A stretch of 64,000 nt of DNA from Dimorphilus gyrociliatus (lineage: Eukaryota > Animalia > Annelida), in the NCBI GenBank assembly GCA_904063045.1, contig CAJFCJ010000013.1, positions 294,623 to 358,622 of the forward strand, read 5' to 3'. Below the pieces are notes generated by a model. It was given only the letters and a program-made list of their open reading frames with translations. It did not search any database and was not told where the DNA came from. Shown here piece after piece: positions 36,200 through 48,829 of the stretch (position 1 is the first letter of the stretch; the number at the start of each line of letters is the position of its first letter). Both the position numbers and the translations under genes were made by a program.

Positions 36200-39084
36200 A
36201 TGGCTGACATGCCAGGGAAAGCCGATAAAATGCATAGTAAGGTCAAGCAAAAGAGCGCTTCGACCGCAAATGATTCAACTGCACTGTCAATAAACGAGCG
36301 TATCCTCAAGGAATGCCATGATTTATACGCTGATAAAGAATGCGGTAAGTAAATGTTCTTTTTTGCTGGTATTTCTGTGTTTTTTTGTTAGAGCAGCAGA
36401 CAGCTTTATACTTGAAAATTCGTAAGATGTAAAGCCCCCAACCTACTGAGGTCTATTTTCAACGCCAGAATTGCGTTAATAAGAGTACGCTTTATTAAAG
36501 TATTAAAGGAAAAAAGTTGAAACATTGTTAAAAAAGATTTTTTTTTTTGTAAAGCTGTCTACTGTCTAAACATTATTTACTGTGTCAGTAACATAATTAC
36601 AGAAGTAATAAATCGCAAAGAGAAATTTATAAAATAATTGAGGAGGTGCCCTGCTAGGCTTTCATTAGATGCATTATGCGAATTTTCTATTTTAAAGCCT
36701 TTCAATGGCCTGTCGACTATTCTTGTCGACTTGGATCGATAGATATAGGCTAAAATTGGGTAGTGGTTAATAGCAAATTAAATATTGTATCGGAGTAATT
36801 TTTCAAAATACAGGCTTAATACGAATTGCGGAAGATCTTGGCTTAACTCTTCTGGCACCTAGGAAAAAGATAACAATTTTACTAATTGGAAACCATTCTG
36901 CAGGAAAGAGTTCCTTTACAAACTGGTAATGTATTTTTTCTGAAAAAAAAAAAATTTTCACTTCGTGATTAGACTCTGAAATAAACGTAAATCGGGAGTT
37001 TATCGCACGTGATTACTCGCTCTGATGAAATAGTATTTATGTTCCACTCCGGTGCGTTCGAATTTTTTGACTGATCTTTATAAAAATAGGGGACAGAAAA
37101 GGGAGTATAAAAAGAAAAAATAGTAGGGAGTGTCTAACATACGAGAGAGTTTAATCTATTTATACATGATTTTTTTTTCAGGTATGTCGAAGAACACATA
37201 CAGAAAACGGGAGTAGCCATCGAGACGCAAGGTTTCACTTTTGTTACAAGCGGAAGGAAGAGAGAATCGTTAACGGTATGCTTAATTTATTATTATATTT
37301 TTGTCATTTTTTGTATTTTTGTTCGAGCATACATTTCAAAGTTTCGACTAACAAAGAAATAAATTGATAAATATATTTCAAACAGGGAAATGCAACGCTC
37401 GTGCTGTATCCTCATTTTGAGCCGCTCAAAAAGATCGAAGGTAAATAATTATGTTGTCTGATCCAGTTGTTACCCCAATTCCGCAAATGGAATAGAAGCG
37501 AAGGATAATTTTCCAAACTCGGTTAATTATTTTGCAGATTCTTGCTAGCAGAAAGCTCCCTGTTAACGAGCACTGTTAAAAGCGGGGCTTTGTTCTGTCT
37601 TGTTTAAATTTTAGAAAATTTCTAACTTTAAATCAAACTGAAAATAATTACGGGCTTATGATCGCTCTGAAGCTAGGTCGCTGTCGTACAAGAGATTAAC
37701 AGATAGCTGCCTTGTGAAGGGCTGATCGTAACTTGACTAATTCATCTAATCTAATCCAATCTAACATTCCTTTATGGATTTGTTTTTCTTTTAAGCAGAA
37801 TAAATAATCAAACAGAATTTCATTTACTTTTAAAATAAATAAGAAACCTATTTTTCTCTCGATAGGAGTTGTTGATTATCTGACTACCGAAATATCAACT
37901 TCAAAACAAAAGAAATTTAATCTGGTTACTTTTGTTGATACCCCTGGTCTGGTAGATGGAGATATGAAATATCAATTCGATGTGAATAAGTCCATTCTTT
38001 GGCTGGGTGACCTGTCTGACTTGATATTTGTCTTTTTCGATCCAATAGGACAAGCTCTCTGTAAACGTACATTAAATTTAGTTGAAAAATTGAACGAAAA
38101 GCATCCCGATAGAATGAGATTCTATCTTAGTAAGGCGGATGAAGCTGGACACGAAAGTGATAGGCAAAGAGTTATGATGCAAATTGTTCAAGAGTTATGT
38201 AAAAGACCTGGTCTGAACAAAACTGGTTTTGACATGCCAACTATTTATATACCTTCTTTGAAGGGCAATGTAAGAAAAAACAGTGTAATCATATGCTTTA
38301 TTTTACAAATTTCACTTAAAACAGAATAGCCGTTGCGTCAACCAAATTGATGACGTCTGTAAAGATATTGAAAAAACAATTAACCAGACTATTCAAAATA
38401 CTTTGAATACATTGGAAAAAGATTGTAATGCAATAGCAGAATTAATCGATAAGAAATTAGAAAAAGATCGACTTGACAGTTTGTATAATTTGAAAGCTAG
38501 TCTGAAGGGTTGCGGGTTGACAGTTTGTGCCTCTCTTCTACCGATTCTTTTGCTAATTAATTTCCTTGCGACATCGGCTTCATACCAATTTGTGCGAAAT
38601 ATGCTAGGAAGAGATCTCCATTCAATGATTACTATCTATTTGGTTAGTTATAACGATATAGAAATCATCGCAGAGTTTTTTTTAACAATAACACTTTCAT
38701 TACAATCTAGGGTCCGGTTACTAAAGTGTGGTCGTTCGTGCCATCTGAATATCAGCTTTATGTCATAATGGGAATATTTTGCCTGTTCGGTTTTATGGTT
38801 CTATTAGCAAAATGTTTCACTGGGTAAGAAAATAATTGAGCACAAATCTCATATTATATTAAACGGTTGATTTTTGCAGACGTCGAAAAACACTAAATCG
38901 AAGGCAGAAAAAGCTGTTAATGGAGAACAAGCTATATGTTGCCGACTACGTTAAGAAAAAGAAGGTAACGATACTTATTATATATAAACCAGAATCATCT
39001 ATAGTGATACATTCTAAAATTTTTTCTTAGACTAAATTATATGAGGAATACTTGAAGCAGAGCGTGGCTGAACATGATTTGTGA
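36200..39084 (+). CDS. Dynamin-superfamily (EHD/sarcalumenin-like G domain) GTPase with two C-terminal TM segments
   Basis: G1 GNHSAGKS, G3 DTPG, G4 SKAD; hydrophobic segments GCGLTVCASLLPILLLINFLA and LYVIMGIFCLFGFMVLLA. Exons 36200-36344, 36814-36925, 37182-37275, 37386-37440, 37866-38269, 38325-38642, 38711-38823, 38880-38964, 39031-39084. Confidence 0.88.
36962..37029 (+). ncRNA. Candidate intronic box C/D-like RNA
   Basis: GTGATTA (36965-36971), CTGA (36976-36979), GTGATTA (37009-37015), CTGA (37022-37025), with a short terminal TTC/GAA pairing; box spacing is atypical. Confidence 0.3.
37656..37731 (+). ncRNA. mir-980/745: Pre-microRNA of the miR-22/miR-745/miR-980 family, intronic
   Basis: TAGCTGCCTTGTGAAGGGCTGA (37704-37725) matches Drosophila miR-980-3p as I recall it (UAGCUGCCUUGUGAAGGGCUUA) at 21 of 22 nt. 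It lies on the 3' arm of an imperfect hairpin closed by TTATGATC/GATCGTAA. Confidence 0.85.
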
Positions 39085-39435
39085 ATTTAGGAACGTTGGG
39101 TTAAAAATAAAAGTTACATTATTTTTTTCTCTTGAAATTACCGGGGCCTTAAATTTAGTAGCTATTTATGCTAGACGGTGCTCTAAGTGTTAATGCATCT
39201 CAACCCAAAAGTGTTCGTCTTTGCTGTTCCCTTTTATTACATAATACGGCAGCTGAATATCCTACTTCTTATTAAATGTGCTAACAATAAAACGTTTTTT
39301 ACGGGGGCTGATGATATTTATTAATGCATCATAATCTAAATGAATCGTAGCTTAACATGTTGTTTTTGGCATGCGCTATATTTCATTTAGAAAACAACAG
39401 TTCAAGTATTGTGAAATGAATCAACTTTTGACCGG

Positions 39436-40389
39436 TTATTTGTTCATATTTTCGTCGTTATCTGCCATCTGCGGACAATCATCGTAGTCGGGCTTTATTG
39501 GAGAAATGTCGAAATTCTGCAATGGGGTACCGGTTGAAGATAAAGGCATTTGCAACAGCGGTGGAGTTACTGATCCAACGTTAGGTAAAAACTGGAAAGA
39601 AGCAAAGGCTTTTATCAAAAAGAAATATACTAAGATTAAGTGATATACAAACATCGCTATTCGTTCGAGGTCTAGGAGGAGTGGCGAAAGGATTCAAGAC
39701 AGCACCATTATTTGGCGGAACTTTCGCCACCTGCTTCGGAGAATCTATATTGTCAATACCTTGAGTAACACCTAGAATACCATTTGATTCGACACTTAAA
39801 ATCACCCATATTATCTCGCCAAATGCCAAACCATTTGGAGAGAACGTTCGAAACTTTCCTTCATACATGCCAGTTTCAGGCGGGCTGAGCAAATTTAAAC
39901 TTACACGATGCGACTCATTCGGCTCTAACGGATGTAAACGAACAACAGTTTCGCAGGAAAATTTTTCACCTTGGGAATGTGCGAAATAACACCCGATGGG
40001 CCATTTTTCGTTTCCGTTATTACATATATGCCAGGTTTTTACGAATGAAGTCGCAGGGGTAATGGCCTCACCTTCACCGAGGGTAATATCTTTTATTAAA
40101 GCCATATTAGGAAGAGGTGGTTGCATGAAATCATAAAATGCACAAACCGCAGCTTGAATATTCCTATTGAGATATATATATTTTTTTATTAAGCAAAAAA
40201 TATATATATGAAGATAGAAACTAACCAATTTGTCATATCTAAGTAAAATGCACATCCTTCGTTGCTAATCTGGTTATTTAGTAGTTGCCTGAGCTGTAAA
40301 ATTAAAACATCTTTATCCTCCGTGTTCATTTCTCTAAACTGCCTCAGCAAATTCGACTCAATCGGATCATTGGAACCATCCGTCTCCAT
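39436..40389 (-). CDS. ILRUN: ILRUN/C6orf106 (UBA-like + NBR1 FW domain)
   Basis: LLRQFREMNTEDKDVLILQL, FYLDMTNWNIQAAVCAFYD, KDITLGEGEAITPATSFVKTW, FGEIIWVILSV. Exons 40389-40226, 40163-39653, 39591-39436. Confidence 0.95.
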
Positions 40390-40742
40390 TATGTTCAAAT
40401 TCGATTCAAATTTTTCAACACTCGATTATGATCATAACCTATTAAAAGTAAAGCAGTTATAGAATTAGAAAAATCTTGAATAATTCCATTAGGCGAAAGA
40501 TTAGTGAAATTATCATACAAATTGCAAAATAGCTCATACGTTCATCAGATCGGAAGTCAACGGAAAAATACCAGTTATGACCGATACGAAAATAACTTTT
40601 ATCGGGCGATAATGTAAATTTGCGGGAAATTCAAAATAAATATTTATTGGTAAAATGATTCACAAATAACGAATACATGTGCAACAAATAGTAACGATTA
40701 CAAATTAATTTTCCATTAATTAAATACAGACAAAAATAGAAT

Positions 40743-41946
40743 TCAAAGCTGTAAAGTATCCTTGAAAAAACGGCGGACTGTTGTACCAACGGAAGAAGCC
40801 GATAATGACATGTCGTGTGTTATCTAAAATCAAAATTTATATTTATAAAACATAAAAATAGAAATATTAGTTTTAAAGACTAACTCTATGCAGGTAAGGT
40901 TGTACATCGGGATAGCTGGTATCAAAAATGAGATCAAGATCGCGAGCGCTTGTCATTTTCGGTACATAATCGTGCCTGTCCATAGCCTGAGATATTTGCA
41001 GAATTTTTGCCCTTGCAGCTTCACCAACTGACTTATGAAACTCTTGACGTTCCAATTCATTATTCAAATTTATTATATTCAATCGGGTTGTCCATACTTC
41101 CCATGGAGTACATTCGGATGGGAATGGCCAACGTGCCTTTCTCTTTTGATAAAATTCTAACGAAATTGCGCCCGATGTTTCCAATTCATTTGGACTGATT
41201 GAACATTGAAAAAGAGACACTTCCCGCTTAACGGCGGCATCCAACTCATCAGATCCCAGCCTAACCTAAAAATTGAAATAAAAAAACCATTTACTTTTAT
41301 GCTTCTTCTATATTAAACTATTATTAAGATCATTACATAGGTACAGTCAATGTAATCACAATCAACATCAACAATACCAATTGAACCAATAGTATAGTTT
41401 CTGCAGCCTTGTTGAAAATGAATCTGTTAATTTCGGATATTTGATTATAATTAAATCTCTTAGAGATAAGCAGATTGTTAACGAACCTTTCCCATACTAC
41501 GATGGAACAGTAAAGAATGGAAAATGCCTATTTGAAAATGTCAATTAAGGAAAAACTTAAAACTATAAATGGATATTTACGTACATTGCAGAACCTCTTC
41601 GACTTGCCGACCTTCCACCGTCTGTAATAAGACATAAATTAATGTAATTATTAAGACAACGTTATATCAATTAAAAATAGATCTTATAATGGAATTATTT
41701 TCTATTTAGCATTTTATGTTAATATATAAAAATTAGGGATAGCTATTTTAAAAAATCATTTACATTTCGACGAGAAATCTATGTAAAACAGTTTATTTCC
41801 AAAAGAAATTCCATATTATCGCTCGTTATGAATCTTATAGGATACATTCGAGTGTATAATGTAAAGTAGATTCACAATATAGCCGAAAGAAATAAACGTT
41901 TCAGAATAATACTTACAAACTCAAAAACATGTGATCTAGCGTTCAT
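40743..41946 (-). CDS. ATG101: Autophagy-related protein 101 (HORMA domain)
   Basis: MNARSHVFE, IFHSLLFHRSMGK, DVDCDYIDCTYVR, LEFYQKRKARWPF (WF finger), PWEVW, VRRFFKDTL. Six exons in frame. Confidence 0.95.
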
Positions 41947-42266
41947 GTTAATCAGGGAGAAACATTTGTTTGTTTACAAAATACGACAAGTCTCGAATGA
42001 GCTTCGTATTTAGTATTTAATGGTGTCCACAGTATTTAGTATGGTATGTGATCCCTCCTCCGTTTTACGCATAACCGGCTGCTGCAGTTGAATGGTGTGC
42101 ATACTTCATTTTATGTGACGAAATTACGGCAAGTAGTAATCTTTAGGCTTTTCCAAGAAGAACGGCGAGTTTTCGGTAAACAATTTTATTGTGTCTAAAT
42201 AATTCGAATAGTATAGTTTTAATCTGTATTTAAATTACAGTGGGACAGAGGAGAAATATACGGAAA

Positions 42267-44081
42267 ATGGAAAAATATCATTGTCCATGCTGGAACGTCT
42301 GCCTGAGAGTGAAAAAACATTCATCAAAGGAGCTACCAGATGACCTTCCTGCTAATGATTCGTTTTTCTCTTTGCAATTGGTAGATGTGCACTTGCCCGC
42401 AGCTGACGTCTCTTGGGTAAGTAAAAGTATCGAGTAGTCAACATATAGTTCTCACACCATATCTCCTGTGTAAACTATTCAGAAGTATGAAAGTCTCGTT
42501 GAAATATCAGCTGTTCAAGATTGGATTATAAGAAGGTGTGCTAACTGCAATACCTATTTATATGCCGAAGAAATAGCTTCAGATATGTCAACTTTTCTAA
42601 TGAACGCAAATCTAAAGGTTGATAAATAATAGCAACTATTTTTATCCTCGTTTTTCTAAATGGCCTCTCTATTTATTAATAGAAAAACGAGAATGAAGAA
42701 GAAATCGAAAAGTCGATCAACTATTCGCCTGTCTATAAAATCGTTATTGATAGCAGGAACATAAAACTCCCGCCTTCAAATGTGTTTCGTAAGCGAACTA
42801 AACTAAAAATAAGAAAATATAATATAATGTAACAAAAAAAACAAACGTAACGAAATTTTTTAAGTGTTACAAACTTTTAAAAACAAATAAAAGCATTAAA
42901 AATAATAGTTATAACGTTAGGATATACCGTCTTTAACTTTTAAATTTTAAAACAGAATTCGATGCTGAATCTTCCATAACAAACAAATATATTGAAGAAA
43001 ATATGGAGCTTTATCAAGAATACTTGAAAAAGGAAAAAATTAAAATGGAGGAACGTATAAGGTAATTCAATAAATATTGAAATAAATACTTAAATTAAAT
43101 TCGAAGTAATTGTGCTCTTTGACCGAGATTTTTGGTAGTAAACAGATACTTTATATCCAACCGCCTTTTTCATGTCCGGTTAATACTTCTTATTCTAATA
43201 TTTCAGACAATATCAGGAGGAAGAAAAAAATCGTTTTGAAGTTCTTGTGGCTAAAGCTCACAAAGATAAATGTGCTCTGAATAGGTATCAATATGGCAAT
43301 TTATAACTTAATTATTCAGAGATCATATTTCTGATATTATACATGTAATCTGTCAACTCTAGTTTACGATAATTTATATATTTGTGTCTAAATATGCTCT
43401 TATCAACAATTTTGCCCTCTTTAACAGACTCGTGCTAAGTTTGTCAAAGAATGAAAATGCAGCTTCAGATACAGAATCTATAGGTTTGTAACTTGAATTG
43501 AAACAAAACGTCTAACAGGAATATTTTTTGTTATTAATTTATTCAGCTAAAGCTGCAGAGAAGGTAGACAACTGTTGTCCTTTTTTCATTATCCATTAGT
43601 AATTTTTTAATCGCAGAAATCAAGTCCAGCTGTGATAAAGAAAAGGTCTAAAGGTCCTGATGATGATTTTTTTGATATTGAAATGGAAGAGGAAGAGGGA
43701 AATCAATCCCTGGATGACTTGGATGACGAAACGGATTATAAGACAGAGGTGTTCAATGCAGAAAGATCAGGAGGCGATTTTGACAAGAGAGATAGATGGA
43801 ATATTAAACAGGAAGCAGTTGGTGAATCTTATTCAACAGCAGCAATTAATATTTCATCACTTTCGGACAATAAGAGACTGGAAAGAACGAGATCGTGTCT
43901 TGATGATGATGACGATGCTATTCCGGTCGATATTGCTCGTAGTATGAAGGAGTTATCTTTGTCTCTTCACAAGAATTACGACTCTTATGTTTTTGGCGAA
44001 AGACCAAAGAGTAAGAGAGCTAATGCTTCTGAAATTGCAAGTTCTATGGTGGCTAATAGAAAAGACAGTGAAGACTTTTAA
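42267..44081 (+). CDS. AKT1S1: PRAS40/AKT1S1 (Lobe)-like mTORC1 regulator
   Basis: C-terminal IARSMKELSLSL..YVFGERPK resembles PRAS40 IAASMRAL..VFGDLPRP; acidic FFDIEMEEE is TOS-like; the N-terminal region is Cys-containing. Eight exons join in frame. Confidence 0.7.
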
Positions 44082-44921
44082 AATCATTACGTTTTTAGAT
44101 ACCCTTTTGAACAAGTAATTTTTTTTTTTGTTATTCTTCAATTTACGTATAAACAAAAATGCTTTTAGTTATTTACAGCGAAAACAGTTGATGGGTGCTT
44201 TTTCAAAAAAAAATGTTGGTGTACGTTTTTGTGTTTCGTTTCACTTGAAATTGTTTTAGAAATAAGATTAATTAATGCCAACTTATAGAGCGTCACCGTT
44301 AATATTTAAATGAAATTTTTCGCACTATCTATGCAGTATTTAAAGAAATTCTGAGGTTTCTAATAAATTAATTTTGAAAGGTTATATTTTAAAATATGAA
44401 TTAAAATCAATATTTTATATTTCCCGCTGATCTTGGACTGTATAACTTATAGGAATCACTTTCGTTTATTACATCCGGGTTACATGCGCAATTTATCTAT
44501 TGCGCACAGCACCATAACAGCTATACAGTCGTCAACGATTTTGGCAATTTTATTCTTTCAAATCGTAAGTATCAATCGCTGTCAAAGACATGTATGGTAC
44601 AAATCTAAACGATTTATTAAATAACCAATTTTCAAATATTATTAAAAATCCAGACATGTTTAAGAAACTATTTAATGATTGCGTCAATTAGGCTCCGGAC
44701 TTTTCAGACTCATATATTTATGGAATTTTTTAAGTAAAGAAAACGCCTAAAACGAATCAAGGTTGTCAATTTCGCCTATATATTAGTTTAACAATATGTT
44801 TGAAGATTAGTCTATTTTTAGAGTTATTTCTGATGAATCAAGCGCGATTTAAAATGTTCTTGGTTTCACCTATTAACAAAATCTTTCATTACAGTTAAAG
44901 ATCATCTAAAGCTTTGTCAAT

Positions 44922-47900
44922 ATGTCTTTCGGAGAAGATCAACCAGAAGTATGTTTGTTTATATTTATACTACAATACTCCCTAAATTAACGTTGCGATC
45001 TGCTCAAAAATTAAAGCAAATTCATGACTACATCTCTATTGTAAAAGAATATTCTTATTTTATCGTCCACCCGGAATGCCTATAAAATAATTTTTTTAAA
45101 TTGACAGTATTAAACAATGTTTAATACTGTTTATTCTTACGCAACTATGTCAGATAGAACTCACTGAGCTGATAGTGCTCAATGTGTCGTTAAAGAAACG
45201 ACCACATTGAGCACATAATTAGTACTACTCATTTGTCACTGCTACCTCATAGCAAGAACGAATATAATATTTAACAAAATGTCGAAGGTAAAGTTTTATA
45301 TAAAAACAGTAGTTTAAAATTGAATTTACTAGTTATTTTCTACATTATTGTATAACATAATTTAAGAATTATTAATTACCATTTTTTTTAATGCACAAAA
45401 AGTCATTTGAAAGTCAAAATGAGTACTTTTTTGGGTAGCGGGAAGAAAACGTGGTCTCATAATTTTTTTTTTCACATTTCCAATAGATATTGAGGCTAAA
45501 CATGCTCTAATAAGGCGCCAATTTATAAATGTATCGTTATACATTAATATTTTTCGCTTAAAAAAAACAAAAACGGTTTTACCAGAATTGTCGAGAAAGG
45601 TCTAACGACTTTCAATTTTTTCCCATAATTCTTTGTGACGTCATTGAAGCTTTTTTTTTTTAAAAATTCAAATTCAATTTGCCCAGTAAAAGGGCAATAG
45701 GTGAAAACATGATTATATTATGTATAGACTTGAATAAATATTAAAGATATAGATTTAAAAAAACTGTTTAATTACTTGAAGAATACTTACTATGGTGAAA
45801 AGTAACAAAGTTATAAGTATATATATATACGTGTACTGTATATTTACTTATAATTGAAATTAATGTCTAGTCATTTAATATGTATCTGAGAGAATCTTTT
45901 TTATAAGAGATGGAATTGACTGCCGACTTGATTAAGGAAATACATTCTGGAAACAAGACATTAAATCTTTTATAAGTGAAATTTTAGATTTTCCGTTGAG
46001 CTTTGATCTACAGTGAAAGAAAAAATATTTTCAAGTTAGCTTCTTAAGGAAACTGTACAGATTAATCCTTTTTTAAAAAATACTATGTTTTATTTTTTAT
46101 ACTTAAGATTTGCCTTTGATTTTTGAGCTAAAAGATAGATGGCAAAAGCTCATATATGCGTTTATTTAGACGACACGAACTTTTCTATAACATCCAAGTT
46201 TTATATACTATATCGAATATCTTTTGCATTTAGTCATACTTTTCGAGCCAAAATCAAAGCGTTTAATGAACGCTTTTGTCTTGTATAAATATAACAATAG
46301 TTTATTAACTCTCGGCTAATAATCCATTGACTATTTTTATTTTAGTGCCCACTCTGTATGGAAAGTTTCGAACCAGACGACCTGAGTTTTTTTCCCTGTA
46401 CTTGTGGTTATCAAGTAAGCAAAGTTTTTACATTTTCATAAATTTGATCTCTTACACTCATTGATATATAATTAATTATTCATTAATAGATTTGCCGTTT
46501 TTGTTGGCATCGGTTACGAACGGAGGAAAATGGCTCCAATGGTCTGTGCCCGGCCTGTCGTAAGCAATACGCAGAAGATCCCGCTGAATTTAAACCACTC
46601 AGCGAAGATGAAGTAAATACAAAAAATAATTTCTTAGACTACTTTTTAATGGTTTTTTTTTTTCAATTTTATAAAAAGGTGCATCGTATCAAAAAGGAGA
46701 GGCGGTTGCAAGATTCTCAAAGAAAACATAAAGCAGCCGAAAGTCGTAAACATTTAGCAAACGTTCGTGTGATGCAACATAATCTCGTCTTCGTTGTCGG
46801 CTTACCTCCTCGATTGGCCGACTCGGAAATTTTAAAGAAACAAGAATATTTCGGAAAATTTGGAAAAATTCATAAGGTCGTCATTAATCCCTCAACCAAC
46901 TACGCTTCAACCCAGGTTTGTTAATTATTCTATATTATAATTTTACATCGTAAATGATGCAAAATTGTAGTATAAAGCATATCTTGAACTTTTTTTTTTA
47001 ATCCGATTTCTCTGTGAAATAAATATAAAGTGTCTTATCTATATCTCTATATAGGGCAAAGTTAAAGACAAGGTATCAATAGTAGTTTCCCAGTTAAAAT
47101 TTTTTATTTTTTCTGTTTTTTTACCCCTATGGCCCTTTATAAATTTCTAAAGCTGTTTTTGTTTTACTTTGTTGCTTGATTAATGACTTTTTCTCACACC
47201 TCAATGTATTCTTCTGTTGACCCTGGTTTTCTGATCTTATCAAAACAATTTTTTTTAATATTGAACGTTTTACAGGGGCCCAGCGTCAGTGCTTATGTGA
47301 CGTTTATGAAATCCGAAGACGCTCTGAAAGCCATTCGGAATGTTAACAATATACACGTTGATGGAAGAACATTAAAGGTCTCTCTTGGTACAACGAAATA
47401 CTGTAGTCACTTTCTCAAAGGCTCGGCGTGTACAAAGACTGATTGCATGTACTTACACGAATTGGGCGATCAGAATGCTAGTTTTACAAAAGAGGAAATG
47501 CAACAGGGGAGACATTTGGAATACGAACAAAAACTTTTCGATCTATATACCCATAATAAAAGGTTTGAAAACGTTTCTCTAACATTTTTTTTATTTTTAT
47601 ACTGGAAAAAAAGAAGTACTAAAACTCGTTACGTATTTTTATTAAAAGTAGAAAATTTACTGAATGTACGCAAGAAGAAAAACCTGAACCGATAAATCAT
47701 ATAGTTGAAGAAAATATCGACCGATTAAAAAAGCATTTAAATACTAATGGCAGAATAAAAAATGATGTAACTTATGTGAATGGAGCACAAAATGGTTTGG
47801 CAAAGCCGCATTCAACATTAGATGTATTAGGACATGACAACGCAATATCGAGATTATCACCTAACAGTAGTAATTCGCCCTATTCATCCTTTTCCTCTTC

Positions 47901-48829
47901 ATCATCTCCAACAGAAATAAGTTCAAAATCGGAAGTGAGTAATACAACCAAACCTGGTCATAATTCAAATTCTACAGCCGAAATTCGAGCACAACCAATA
48001 TTTAGAGAATTACAAAACCCTCTGCCAAGCCACTGGCATATCGAAAGAGAGCTTTTATCTAGCAATCATGACGATGACTTAGGTAAAGTTGAGAATAGCT
48101 TTTTATTTTTATTAAAGATATATATTCGAACTGATAAACGATTATTTCACCCAGGTTTTGATCCTTGGGCAGAATCTGCCAAAGGCTTAGCGGATTTGGT
48201 TCAGAGAGAAACCAATAGAAAGAATTTAGCAGCTGTTAACCAAAGCTTACCAAATGTTGAGCAACGTACGGAACTTAGAAAGCCGCCGATGTATCCATGG
48301 GCTACAAACGGAGTTGGAATTGGCAATGGTTCACTCAGTTATCCAGTAGTTGAAAATGGTCTCTGCAGGAATAATCTATTTCATAATATTCAACCTCCCT
48401 TTCCAATGATGAAAGAGGATGAAGTTGAAGAACGTGAGAACGACGAACTGCTTAACGCCTGCATGAACCTAAATGCCCAGGAGACATCGAACCTTCAACA
48501 AAACACGCAAACTACTCGAGAACTTCAAGAGGGTTTTAGGGCCCTTCTTCCTGCTGGCGTCAATATTCGATTTGGTAATTCAGACAATGTCAAAACCCAA
48601 TCCAATGGAAGACATCTGTGGTACGATCACGTCTTTCAACAGACTTTTAACGATCCGGCTATTGTCAGCGCAGGTAACAATATTAGAGAAACTGTTATTA
48701 CAAAAGAAATAATATGCAATTTTATTTGTAGGTATTTCCTTAAATGGTCATTATAACAATAATATGGTCAACTTCGATCGAATGCCACCTCCCGGCTTCA
48801 GCTCTCCCAATGTCATCGAACAAAACTGA
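44922..48829 (+). CDS. CNOT4: CCR4-NOT subunit 4 (RING, RRM, C3H zinc finger)
   Basis: First exon MSFGEDQPE (44922-44948) splices to CPLCME..FFPCTCGYQICRFCWHR at 46346; then RVMQHNLVFVVGL, LGTTKYCSHFL, CMYLHELG, DDDLGFDPW, DPAIVS; stop TGA ends at 48829. Confidence 0.95.

Noticed and set aside
45228-45249. let-7 seed (TGAGGTAG) on the minus strand near the CNOT4 intronic hairpin
   Set aside because: The rest does not match let-7 and no precursor hairpin forms.
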